DNA of 64,000 bases from a virus (Duplodnaviria; Heunggongvirae; Uroviricota; Caudoviricetes), in IMG/VR virus record IMGVR_UViG_3300008108_000013, one strand, 5' to 3'. Positions 1 through 9,830 of the stretch are shown one piece after another (position 1 is the first letter of the stretch; each line of letters begins with the position of its first letter). Both the position numbers and the translations under genes were made by a program. Under the pieces are notes generated by a model that had not been told where the DNA came from, ran no database searches, and saw only the letters and a list, made by a program, of their open reading frames with translations.

Positions 1-3000
1 CGTATATAAGCATCTCGACCACCAATTAGAGGAAGAGACGGTAGTAATTGATAATATTTAGAATCAAATGTATCTGATGTTGTATGTAAAACTTTTGATC
101 TGTAATATCTATTATTGTAAAATATTACTTTACCAGAAGAATATGTTGACTGAGAAGTCCATTCAACAAATCCCTCAGATATGCCGCCGATGTTTATTAG
201 TAAACCAAGATTAGTAGCTGGATAATATTTAAAGTATGGTTGAGTTTTACTGTAACCTTTTACTGAAAAACCGTCAGCACCCTTCGTAATAACTACTCCG
301 CTATATGATATCTTCTTGATAGGACTAGACGAATTTAGAATAATCTCATAATCTTCTTGAGGGACAAATACACTACTTTGACTTAAAGGTGTTTTACTAT
401 CTAATAGTAACTTAAATTTTTCTTTACTGCTAAAAGATCCTATTCTGTACGATAGTTTAGCTTGAATATTTTTTAAATTATATTGATACTCAGTATAAGA
501 TCTTAAATTGTCACTAAGGATATAATCTACAATGTAATTAATAATTCCAGAAGATTTAATATTAGAAGTGCTAGAATAGATGCTAGGCAATACAATGTCG
601 CTGGCTGTAATTCTAACTCCAGTATCTTTATAAATCAACTGCCCTGCTAAATTTCTAACAATTCTTGACCTATCTAAAAGAGTTCCTAAGGTAGTTGCTG
701 GCTGCAACAACATTGATGCAACCATTACACTGAACGGATAATAACTACTTCTTCGCCAAGCAGTCTCAACAGGACTTTGGTCTCCGAATACAAAATCGTT
801 AGCTGTGCTAGTTGTGATCGGTCCTAGAGCTAAACCAGAATCTAATGGACTAATAATATTTCCATCTTGATCTACCGGTATTCTTCCTTTTAGATATGGC
901 CTCTTGTATTTTTCTACATACACCGTTGGTGAATTAGGTTGCTTTACTAGCCCATCGGCTATGTCTTCCCACATTATTAAATTGTCGCTAGTATATGGAG
1001 CAGGACCATATACTTCTTGCCACCAACTTGGCTCTATAGAAAAACCTAACATTTCCCAAGGACAAAGGTTCGGCCTATCTGTTCCTAGCATCCACTGATA
1101 GACACCTCTCCAGTATCCCGGAAGAGGCGAAGAACCGTCTAATGCCGGTAATTCTTTATAGTTAAAAGTAAGACTATTATCTCTAGAATAACCAAGCGGT
1201 TTAGTAAAATCTTTACTAACAAGTCCCGACCACTGGTAAAAACTTATTGAGAGGACTTCATTAAATTCAGACAGCGAATATCTATTACTCTTATTAAAAG
1301 ACGGAATTAAATCTTGTACATCAAATATGTTAGAATCGTACTTAATTTTAATATTATTAAAAATTCTCTTTTCTAATTCTAATATTAAATCGTCTCTGTA
1401 ATCATTGTAGGCCAATATTAAGCTACCGTCGTGGCCCTGTATCATCCACCGTGGATTTACCAACGTGGTATCATAAATCTTTTTAGGTTCATATTTTGGC
1501 CAAATACCTAACTTAGTTGGTGTTGGTGGAACACAGCATCCATTAGTATTTTCAAATTCCCATATTGTAACTTTATCATCGTTTTGCAATTCTGCAGAAA
1601 TAACAACAAATCCCTGATCACTAAATGTATAATCTTTTTCATACAGTAGTTGGTTGTCATTAAGATAAACGATAACTGCCTTATTTGATAATGTATCTAA
1701 ATTAAAATTATTTGTTAAAGGATATGTTTTTATTCTATAGTCAATTACTGTTAGTTCAGTTTTGATTCCGCCAGCGTATGGGATCATATCACTAAAATAG
1801 TAAGGACTTGACTTTGGTTTATCTTTATTAATTTCTTGTAAAATTAGATTTACTAACTCTACCGGGTCAGTATCAATCCCAAGATTTTCTGCTACTGAAA
1901 CAAAATTTCTTTTAAATTTATTATAGTCTTCTCTAGACGATTCAATGGCTCTGATAATGTTATTTGTATCGGATGTTACATGATACAAGACCAAGCTCAT
2001 CGGGCCGCTGTGTTGAACAAACTTAGTTCCGAGATCAGAAACACCGCCTAAATCTCTGAGATTATTTGGTCCTGGAAACTGCCCTTCGAAATTTTCTAAA
2101 TTTTCTACAATAGATCCAACATGATCAATAACTTCTCCAAGAGTAAAATCTCCTATATCGTTATTAGATGGATTATTTTGTAAATTTATAGGAACTTCGT
2201 AATAACCATTTTCATTAATAGGTTGGTTAGAATAACATTTGATTGTTAAAACGTCTGAATCTAGAATGTCATTATTTAAAATAATTGTTTTATATCGACC
2301 ACTCGTTGAGATTGTATAGTCGGCAGGTTGTACAAACAATCCGTTAACAAATACCTTAACTCGAAGATCGCCTAAACTATCGATATCATCAAAAATATCG
2401 ATATTAAAATTATTAAATTTGTTAGAATTTTTATAAATTCTTACTGCTGGTTGTACATCAAATGTACGGGCTGTAGTCCAACCGTTAATATATCCAGCGT
2501 CAGTATCTTCATAATTAAAAAGATAACCTACTTTAATTTGTTTATCTTTGATATCAACTATATCTTTGTATTGAAACTTATCAGTTGCTAAATTAAAATT
2601 AAAAACAATATCCCCAATATTGGTTATGTTTTTATAAGACAATGGAAATCCTAAAGTTGCGTCGTTAGCACCTGTTCCTTGCTTATAAGAAAAGAGTTTA
2701 GTTCCCTTAAATGTCGATCCGTCATAAACAGTTTTATCTCCAAAGCTATGTCCAGTTTCGTCAAATACATCGAACATAGGAGATTGATTTACTGAAGTTT
2801 TTTGCTGACCTAGATTCCATTGATCTCCATCATACCAATACATCTGTCCTTTATTCTTATTCCCCTGGCGGATCAATACTAGATCGTTTGTAACTGGTAG
2901 CTCTTGCTCTACTAAATGTATTTTTCGTACGCCGTCGAGTAATAAAAAATCAACCTTATAAATTCTGTTCCTAACTAGTCTGTCGGTATCAGCAGTAAAC

Positions 3001-4412
3001 AACACACGCTGACCTTGAGCTAGTTGAATTCCGTCAACGTTATATCCTAGCTGGCCTTCTACCATAGAAAAAACATCAACAGTATAATCGTCAATCACAT
3101 CTACATCGCCGAGGGCTCTAGTTCCAAAATTATAAAGTTTAATATTTGGTTCGAACTCGATAATAGGTCTAGTTGCTCTAGCTGATTGATCTATAGAAGC
3201 TACTTTATTGTTATAAGTTGCACTTTTCTCAATGACATCTTTATGGAACCAACGATTATATCGACTCCAAGGATTCCTATCGGTACTAGCACGGTTAACA
3301 ACAATGTAATCAGATTTTCCAGCGAATGAAATAGCATCGTCCCAAGGCTGGCTGTCAAATTTTCCGGAATCAAACGGTACAGATTGTTGATTAGTATAGG
3401 TACTAATTAGTTCTAAAACTTTTTCGTTTACAAGACGGATAGACCTACCAACACCTTCTACATAATATTGTCCAACAGAATACTCAGCAGGACTGACATT
3501 GCCCACAAATGAAACTTTCATTCCATTGCTTAATTTTGTTCCGTCTGATAATACGTATTCTTTCTTTCCTAAAATATCTGTCGAAATATCTAAAACTGTA
3601 TTTTCCTCGATAGATTCTACTTGAAAAACTCCGCCGAGATCGATATCTGTTTCACTCACATAATAAAGAATATCCGGACTATTATATGGTAAAGTAATTT
3701 CAATTACGCCATTTTCTACAGCATATCCAGTTACACCAGGATTAATATATCGATCAAATGATTCGGGAGATCTTGCAGTCTTAATACTAAATGGATTTCC
3801 TGGACTGTTAATTTCAAATCTATAAGTTTGTCCTCTAAACAATTTTAAAGTAGGGTTTTGTGTAGCACCGTCTGGGCTGAACACGTAAACATTATTATCA
3901 GTTTCGGATTGTAAATCTACTTTATATGAACTTATAATATTTTCTTGTTGGCCAAATATTCTTACAGTATCTGGGCCATACGGTAACCAGTAATAATTTT
4001 GAAAGTTAACAAATTTATCCCAGTCGATATGCGGATTCCAAGAATAAAATTCTTGGCGATTTAATCTATTATGATTTTTTGTGTTTGATCCGAATACAGA
4101 CAATTGGTTAATATAGTCTTGATAATCTTTGAAAAATACATTATTACCGATAGAGTCTTTAATTGTAAGAGCTGGTTCTAATTGGTAATCTTGTCTATCT
4201 TTTGTCGAAGCAGTAATAAAAATATCAGAGCCGACGGCTGATTTTGCATTTTGGCGACCGATATAACCGTTTACTTTTTTAACAGTACCCGGTTGTATTA
4301 ACTGATCTATAGTGGCCTGTAAAAACTTTTTATTAGCATCTGTTTTAAAATAACGAGGTAATAAATCAGTTGCTGTTGTTTTTAAGTTTTTTATTTTCTT
4401 ACTCTCAGCCAT
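1..4412 (-). CDS. Very large baseplate wedge protein (gp7-like), runs off the left edge (C-terminus missing)
   Basis: Not in the ORF track because it has no stop in the window. ATG at 4412 overlaps the gp6 stop and reads MAESKKIKNLKTTATDLLPRYFKTDANKKFLQATIDQL...YSWNPHIDWDKFVNFQNYYWLPYGP. The same frame reads open at positions 3-59 (KYYQLLPSLPLIGGRDAYI). It lies directly after gp6, the position of T4 gp7. Confidence 0.75.
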   Translation of the reverse strand, partial: MAESKKIKNLKTTATDLLPRYFKTDANKKFLQATIDQLIQPGTVKKVNGYIGRQNAKSAVGSDIFITASTKDRQDYQLEPALTIKDSIGNNVFFKDYQDYINQLSVFGSNTKNHNRLNRQEFYSWNPHIDWDKFVNFQNYYWLPYGPDTVRIFGQQENIISSYKVDLQSETDNNVYVFSPDGATQNPTLKLFRGQTYRFEINSPGNPFSIKTARSPESFDRYINPGVTGYAVENGVIEITLPYNSPDILYYVSETDIDLGGVFQVESIEENTVLDISTDILGKKEYVLSDGTKLSNGMKVSFVGNVSPAEYSVGQYYVEGVGRSIRLVNEKVLELISTYTNQQSVPFDSGKFDSQPWDDAISFAGKSDYIVVNRASTDRNPWSRYNRWFHKDVIEKSATYNNKVASIDQSARATRPIIEFEPNIKLYNFGTRALGDVDVIDDYTVDVFSMVEGQLGYNVDGIQLAQGQRVLFTADTDRLVRNRIYKVDFLLLDGVRKIHLVEQELPVTNDLVLIRQGNKNKGQMYWYDGDQWNLGQQKTSVNQSPMFDVFDETGHSFGDKTVYDGSTFKGTKLFSYKQGTGANDATLGFPLSYKNITNIGDIVFNFNLATDKFQYKDIVDIKDKQIKVGYLFNYEDTDAGYINGWTTARTFDVQPAVRIYKNSNKFNNFNIDIFDDIDSLGDLRVKVFVNGLFVQPADYTISTSGRYKTIILNNDILDSDVLTIKCYSNQPINENGYYEVPINLQNNPSNNDIGDFTLGEVIDHVGSIVENLENFEGQFPGPNNLRDLGGVSDLGTKFVQHSGPMSLVLYHVTSDTNNIIRAIESSREDYNKFKRNFVSVAENLGIDTDPVELVNLILQEINKDKPKSSPYYFSDMIPYAGGIKTELTVIDYRIKTYPLTNNFNLDTLSNKAVIVYLNDNQLLYEKDYTFSDQGFVVISAELQNDDKVTIWEFENTNGCCVPPTPTKLGIWPKYEPKKIYDTTLVNPRWMIQGHDGSLILAYNDYRDDLILELEKRIFNNIKIKYDSNIFDVQDLIPSFNKSNRYSLSEFNEVLSISFYQWSGLVSKDFTKPLGYSRDNSLTFNYKELPALDGSSPLPGYWRGVYQWMLGTDRPNLCPWEMLGFSIEPSWWQEVYGPAPYTSDNLIMWEDIADGLVKQPNSPTVYVEKYKRPYLKGRIPVDQDGNIISPLDSGLALGPITTSTANDFVFGDQSPVETAWRRSSYYPFSVMVASMLLQPATTLGTLLDRSRIVRNLAGQLIYKDTGVRITASDIVLPSIYSSTSNIKSSGIINYIVDYILSDNLRSYTEYQYNLKNIQAKLSYRIGSFSSKEKFKLLLDSKTPLSQSSVFVPQEDYEIILNSSSPIKKISYSGVVITKGADGFSVKGYSKTQPYFKYYPATNLGLLINIGGISEGFVEWTSQSTYSSGKVIFYNNRYYRSKVLHTTSDTFDSKYYQLLPSLPLIGGRDAYI

Positions 4413-7400
4413 TATTTGCTCCGTAATTCGAACTTGTTACATTTTGCTGTTCTGACACTGTTGAATCTACAGTAGTGCCTGAAATCGATTTAATCGATGT
4501 AGCAGTTATACCTTGTATTATCTCAATATCGTCAACAGTCGCACCATTGACAAACAATTGATCGCTTGCAGATTTAATTTCGAACAAACTTCCAAACCCT
4601 AAACCACCCAATCTAGGTACTATAACAAAACTAGAAATGTCAGGGCTTAGTTGACTCATTACGTAGGTTGAAAGTTCTGTAAAATAAAATGTATCTCCAA
4701 AATCCCAATTTTCTAATGTAAAGAATTCTTCGATAGCAGTGATTACTCTAGTTTTAATATCGTTGTCAGACACAACACGATTAGGATTTTTAATAACTTT
4801 AAAACTAGCTTGAACATCCTCAGTGGCAGAAGATCCGAATAAGACTTTATAACTCACCGGATGAAAAATAATCTCATCGCTGATAGCTTTAACAAGATTT
4901 AAGTTCGAAGAAACTAAATCATATAATTCTAAAGAACTAGGAGGAAGTGGTTTATTAACTATAGATCCATTAATCCACTGTCTAAATCTAGTATCGTACG
5001 ACTTGGTTAACACAAAAATATCAATAATATTGCTTACGCCCGGATCAATTCTTGATTCGTAATCAGCATTATGGTTATATTGAAATTTAAGATTGTCTCT
5101 GCCGATATAAATTTTATAATCCAATGTCGGGATCCACGGATTTGAAAGAGTTACATCTAATTTACAAACTGTATTTGTGTCTACAAAATAAAAATATTTT
5201 CCGTTATCAGAGACTGAATAACTAGTAGGCTTTGTTCCTAAAATAGTTACTAGGCCAGAGGAGTTGTCAACATATTGATAATCTTCTTGTCCGGCACTAA
5301 TAATATATTTTTCTAAAACAATATATTTGTTTTGTAAAGAGATATTTCCAGATGCAGGTATGACTAATTCATTAAACATTTCTGGATTATCTACTACACC
5401 ATTATCATCTGAATCTCCGAATGCTATAATAATTTTTTTAGTATCTACGTACCCATCTAATCCGATGTATTCGCTAACAATGTCCCAGACCTTATCATTA
5501 GTAAATGCTAGTGTGTTTTCCGGCTGAGTATTAACACTAAGGAATTTAATTGTATCTTTTATAACTGCATTATTTTTACTGTCGTAGACTTTGTTGCTGG
5601 AATCAAAATAGAATCTGATTTCCTTATCGCTTTCAAATACATATCTTTGAATTCGAGCTGTAACTGTATAATACTCGTTATCTGTAGTAAACAACAATAA
5701 CCAGCTAGCATCTTGTCTTTGATTTGTTTGGTCGCCTTGCTTACCTAAACTAAAATTATTTCGTGCATCAAGATTTAACTCAAAGACAATTTTCCATTGC
5801 TGGTTTTCTGAATCATATCTTAGACCAAATGGCTTATTTGAAAAAATCAAATCAACCATTGTTGCAATCGTTGAAGTCTCAATGACTGTTCTCCACCTTG
5901 GAATTATTTGTGTAATAATCGACCCTTGAGGAATTATTCTGTTTAATGTTATAGGACCAAAACCGTCAGAGTTTACACCTGTGCCGGCAGCGGTGCCGTC
6001 ATCTTCAACTGTTATAGCTTCAGCCCATAAGACTGTCTCGGCGCCAGCAACTGTAGCTGATCCCGTAACTAGTCGATTAGAATTTTTTGTATCAAAGTAT
6101 TTTCCTTCAGGAGCAGAGAACTTTATTAAACACCCCGATCTTAAATATTTTAAATCGTTAGAAGTAAATGTTCCGACTTTAAATATTGTATCTCCGGAAC
6201 TAACATAACCAGTAGATAAGTTACTATCAGATGTTATATTATTCCAAATAATATCAAGACTTGAAGTAATAAACACAATAAAATTAGCGTAGTAAAAATT
6301 TTTAAGATTAGGATCTTTAAGAATATCAAATATTTGATTATAGATTATTCCCTCAATATCTGTTTTGTTTTGATAAGAAAACCGACTTGAAGATTTAAAT
6401 TCTTCTCGATAAACGACCCCGTCGTTCGCAAATAAAATAGTCGAACTGTACTTTCCTGTAGGATCTGATAAATCAAAATATCGACTTATACCCGAACTAG
6501 TTCTGTTAACTGCTTTAACTTTAGCTATTTGAGAGCTAGACGATAAAGGAGTTATGTTATAATCTTCCCCTGTAATCATTCTATTCTGTGTATAGTAAGT
6601 AGCAGGAGCATTTGCCTTAATGTCTTCGTTAGTTTCGGCTGCTGTTGCATTACTTACACTCGAGGCCAAGTTCATCGTGACTGATAAAGTCTCTTGCTGT
6701 CCAGTGTTTGATATATAAGGAAATGATATACTGATATTACGAATATCTTGTGTATTGATTGTATATTCCAATGCGTTGCTTATTCTGTAATAAACACGGA
6801 ATGTTCCCAGTGGAAGATCTCCAAAAGTACCATCACTAAACTGTAAACTTACGGCATCGTTATTTCTAGTAATCACAGAGTAAATCGATCTAATACTTTT
6901 ATTGACGCTGTTATAGATAATGTTGTTTGCTTCGAAATTACTAACAGGTGTCCACAAGACATCTTCGTTGCCATCTTTATCTAACTTGTATAACCATACG
7001 TCGGTATTATTAATATTTTGTGCATCAATGTCAATAGATTCATTAGTACCAGGCTGTGATATAGTAAACGTTCCAGTGTTTAATTCGCCTTGAACAAATT
7101 TCATAAAGAAACCAGAACTAGAAGAACTTGGGCCGCGACCATCGTCTCTATATATACAGCTGATCTTATTGCCTAATTTTGGCTGTTCTTCATATATGTA
7201 GGTCTGTCCGCTAAAGGATGTGCTTACTACTTCAAAAGACATAGGTCGGCCGGCAACGGTTTTTGTAAAACCAAAAACTGGTGCAGATTCTCCCAAGCTC
7301 TGGAAGCGATACTGTTCTGTAGGTATGCCGTAAATTGTGGCCTTGTCCGACGGATTACCAAATTGTTGTGTCTTAGAGAATCCGGCATTTATTACTTTTA

Positions 7401-7869
7401 TAAACTGGTCGTACCAATTAGAGTTGCTAGGATCATTCCATGTAATAATTTGTCCGGACAGATTTCGTCCGTTACTATCGATGACATTCTCTGTTGTTGT
7501 TACTGATGTGAATTTTAAAAGACCTGTTGCCGCTATATTTCTCTTAGGATTATAACTAAGCATTCTTGCAAGTCTTAGAACACTCTCTCTACGCTCTGCT
7601 AATTCTAAGAAGTTGTCACGAGCATTTAAATCGACACGGAACGCTATGCTTTGGCCCAAGAACGCAATAAGGTCAATTAGGGCAAGGTATTCGCTGGATT
7701 CAATGTAATCGTTATAGTCTTCTGGATAGTTTTGACGGATATAATCGATCATTGTGCGACGTAAATTTTCAAAGTCGTAGCTTTGGAAATCTGCGTTGCG
7801 GAAACTTTGATATATCTTTTTCCAATCTTCCGCAATTAATAATCTGTTTTGTCTAGTAGTTACACTCAT
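4405..7869 (-). CDS. gp6: Baseplate wedge subunit, gp6-like (extended, ~1154 aa)
   Basis: N-terminal DFQSYDFENLR...DYIESSE...LIDLIA...ARDNFLELAERRESVLRLARMLSYNP, FSDGTFG and ETNEDIKANAP..YTQNRMITGEDY motifs typical of gp6/baseplate-J. The start is moved to Met7, which has an AGGA RBS and a late promoter upstream. Confidence 0.85.
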   Translation of the reverse strand: MSVTTRQNRLLIAEDWKKIYQSFRNADFQSYDFENLRRTMIDYIRQNYPEDYNDYIESSEYLALIDLIAFLGQSIAFRVDLNARDNFLELAERRESVLRLARMLSYNPKRNIAATGLLKFTSVTTTENVIDSNGRNLSGQIITWNDPSNSNWYDQFIKVINAGFSKTQQFGNPSDKATIYGIPTEQYRFQSLGESAPVFGFTKTVAGRPMSFEVVSTSFSGQTYIYEEQPKLGNKISCIYRDDGRGPSSSSSGFFMKFVQGELNTGTFTISQPGTNESIDIDAQNINNTDVWLYKLDKDGNEDVLWTPVSNFEANNIIYNSVNKSIRSIYSVITRNNDAVSLQFSDGTFGDLPLGTFRVYYRISNALEYTINTQDIRNISISFPYISNTGQQETLSVTMNLASSVSNATAAETNEDIKANAPATYYTQNRMITGEDYNITPLSSSSQIAKVKAVNRTSSGISRYFDLSDPTGKYSSTILFANDGVVYREEFKSSSRFSYQNKTDIEGIIYNQIFDILKDPNLKNFYYANFIVFITSSLDIIWNNITSDSNLSTGYVSSGDTIFKVGTFTSNDLKYLRSGCLIKFSAPEGKYFDTKNSNRLVTGSATVAGAETVLWAEAITVEDDGTAAGTGVNSDGFGPITLNRIIPQGSIITQIIPRWRTVIETSTIATMVDLIFSNKPFGLRYDSENQQWKIVFELNLDARNNFSLGKQGDQTNQRQDASWLLLFTTDNEYYTVTARIQRYVFESDKEIRFYFDSSNKVYDSKNNAVIKDTIKFLSVNTQPENTLAFTNDKVWDIVSEYIGLDGYVDTKKIIIAFGDSDDNGVVDNPEMFNELVIPASGNISLQNKYIVLEKYIISAGQEDYQYVDNSSGLVTILGTKPTSYSVSDNGKYFYFVDTNTVCKLDVTLSNPWIPTLDYKIYIGRDNLKFQYNHNADYESRIDPGVSNIIDIFVLTKSYDTRFRQWINGSIVNKPLPPSSLELYDLVSSNLNLVKAISDEIIFHPVSYKVLFGSSATEDVQASFKVIKNPNRVVSDNDIKTRVITAIEEFFTLENWDFGDTFYFTELSTYVMSQLSPDISSFVIVPRLGGLGFGSLFEIKSASDQLFVNGATVDDIEIIQGITATSIKSISGTTVDSTVSEQQNVTSSNYGANNG

Positions 7870-7887
7870 GATCTGTCCTAATAACAA

Positions 7888-7894
7888 TATTTAT
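7888..7894 (-). promoter_or_regulatory. T4-type late promoter (ATAAATA) for gp6/gp7
   Basis: ATAAATA on the minus strand 18 nt upstream of the gp6 ATG. The genome encodes a gp55 late sigma factor. Confidence 0.7.
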
Positions 7895-7916
7895 CGATAA
7901 AAATTATCTGCGTATA

Positions 7917-8360
7917 TTATCCTACAAGTAATCCGTTGGCTTGATCAAATCGTAGTTGCATCGCTTGGCTGATGTTGTACGGCAAATAGGTAAGCACACA
8001 TTCGATCTGTATTCCAGATTCGTATTGTGTAATGATAGGATTTTCTGCCCTGACCCGAGGATCGTAGTTTACAATTTCGTTGACGTTTTGAACTATTAGA
8101 TCTTTTAGTTCTTCTGTAAGAGGTTCAAACAACAAGTCCCATATAATTGTGCCGAATGTAGGATTCATCAAGCGTTCGCCTTGCCGTGTATAAAAATGAT
8201 TTAATATATCTTGTTGTATCAGTTGAAAATCATATAAAGAAAAATTTTCTGTATCAGTACTAACTGTGCTAAAACCTTTATAAGTCTTAGGAGTAATTAA
8301 TTCATTTCTAATGTTAGGTTTTAAAATTACCTTATCGTATAAATTTGCATTTGTTCCCAT
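7917..8360 (-). CDS. gp25: Baseplate wedge subunit gp25-like (sheath nucleator)
   Basis: YKGFST...LIQQDILNHFYTRQGERLMNPTFGTIIWDLLFEP...YDPRV, the GPW/gp25 signature. Confidence 0.9.
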   Translation of the reverse strand: MGTNANLYDKVILKPNIRNELITPKTYKGFSTVSTDTENFSLYDFQLIQQDILNHFYTRQGERLMNPTFGTIIWDLLFEPLTEELKDLIVQNVNEIVNYDPRVRAENPIITQYESGIQIECVLTYLPYNISQAMQLRFDQANGLLVG

Positions 8361-8363
8361 GCT

Positions 8364-9830
8364 TTATGCCTCCTGAGAAGGTGTTGGTCTAACAAACATT
8401 TCAAATGTATCTGTTGTTAGAGAATAGTTAGTCCAGGCAGTTGGTACTGGTATATCAGCGCCTTGTGACGAATCTGTTTTTTCTGGAGAAACTGCTAGAG
8501 GATCTAGGTTCTCATGATGTGGCCAAGGTTCGTGGGTAGGAACTCGCAACATAATTGATTCTATAGATACCTCGCCGGTTTCATCCGGTAAGTTATAAGT
8601 TTTTAATGGCTCGACTGCAATAGCGCCGGTGGAGCTATTCATGTAAATTTTTCCTCCAGTAGATTCGATATGATTTGCTCCGCTGTTAATGTGTGAAGAT
8701 CCGCCGGAGGTAATAAATGTACTCGAGCCTGAATAAACTTTTGTATTAACTACCGATTCTATCTGCGATGTTCCTCCGGCTTTGATATTAATATTTCTTT
8801 TAGCTTCTAAATTTATATCTCTATCTGCAAGGATGTTTAAATCATTTTTTGTATGAATGCTGATGCTGTCCTCAGCGTAAATGTCTATCTTACCATTACT
8901 AGATAACTCTATCCAAGATGTACCTTTAGCATTACCGATATAAATTAGGTCTTCAGAGTTGTGTAGCAGTATTTGATGGCCTGTTCTAGTCCTAATCCTT
9001 ACAAGCTCGTTGTGTGGAACATCTAGCAAACCGCTAAAGTCTTCATTCTCAACACTAGCGTACTCAGGAGGGCCTTCTCCGGCTAGCGTCTTTCTTAAAA
9101 AGTATGAGTCGCCATCATCCATCACAAAAGTCGTGCCGCCTAGCCTGCTAACTGGAACATTGGCGAAGTCGTCTTTTGTGCCTACTTCGCCCTTTGGTCC
9201 GGCTTCATCGACTGGCCCCGGGGTAGATATTCCAAAAACTGTACTTGGTACTTCTCGTCTTGCACTACTAGTTGTTATTCCTCGAGTGTCGTCTTTAATA
9301 AGTCCCTGTTCTACTAATCTCTCAGTAAACAAATGTTGTGGTTTAGGAATCTTTGTAGGAGTCTTAACTTGGTCATTTATTTTCCTATTAAATTCTGCTA
9401 CAGGTACACGCTCTTCAACACCGTCAATGTTATACTTTGTTGCGGCAAGTCCAGGAACAGAAAAATTCATATCATCATCAGGAACACACCCGATATAGTA
9501 TCCAAACTTTGGACTACCTTGCATGAACAGAACAATTACTGTATTGCCAACATCTGGCGGAATCATCCACATACCGTAACTCTTTTGTGTGCTATCGTAA
9601 TCGTCTTGTTTCTTGGTGTAATTACTACTAGTAGACCCAAAGAACGGACTCATATATTTGACTGGCAGATGTTGTCCTCTGTAATTACTGTTTCCAGAAC
9701 CTGCATGGATTAATTTTACTTGAAGCATTCCGTTAAACGAAGGATCAAGAATACCTGTTACAGTCGCAAGATATATACCCGGGGCAACCGGAGGCATATC
9801 TGATGATATAGTTACGTTATTGTCACTCAT
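8364..9830 (-). CDS. gp5: Baseplate central spike, gp5/VgrG-like (OB fold plus beta-helix)
   Basis: DP..NGMLQV, SYGMWMIPPDVGNTVIVLF OB-fold motif; RIRTRTGHQILLH...GTSWIELSSNGKIDIY beta repeats; position next to gp25. Confidence 0.75.
   Translation of the reverse strand: MSDNNVTISSDMPPVAPGIYLATVTGILDPSFNGMLQVKLIHAGSGNSNYRGQHLPVKYMSPFFGSTSSNYTKKQDDYDSTQKSYGMWMIPPDVGNTVIVLFMQGSPKFGYYIGCVPDDDMNFSVPGLAATKYNIDGVEERVPVAEFNRKINDQVKTPTKIPKPQHLFTERLVEQGLIKDDTRGITTSSARREVPSTVFGISTPGPVDEAGPKGEVGTKDDFANVPVSRLGGTTFVMDDGDSYFLRKTLAGEGPPEYASVENEDFSGLLDVPHNELVRIRTRTGHQILLHNSEDLIYIGNAKGTSWIELSSNGKIDIYAEDSISIHTKNDLNILADRDINLEAKRNINIKAGGTSQIESVVNTKVYSGSSTFITSGGSSHINSGANHIESTGGKIYMNSSTGAIAVEPLKTYNLPDETGEVSIESIMLRVPTHEPWPHHENLDPLAVSPEKTDSSQGADIPVPTAWTNYSLTTDTFEMFVRPTPSQEA

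Noticed and set aside
904-1098. Short + strand ORF and the many other 60-210 aa ORFs antisense to, or out of frame within, long genes
   Set aside because: Shadow ORFs of long coding genes, with no RBS or recognisable motifs. The real gene here is the minus-strand frame 1..4412.
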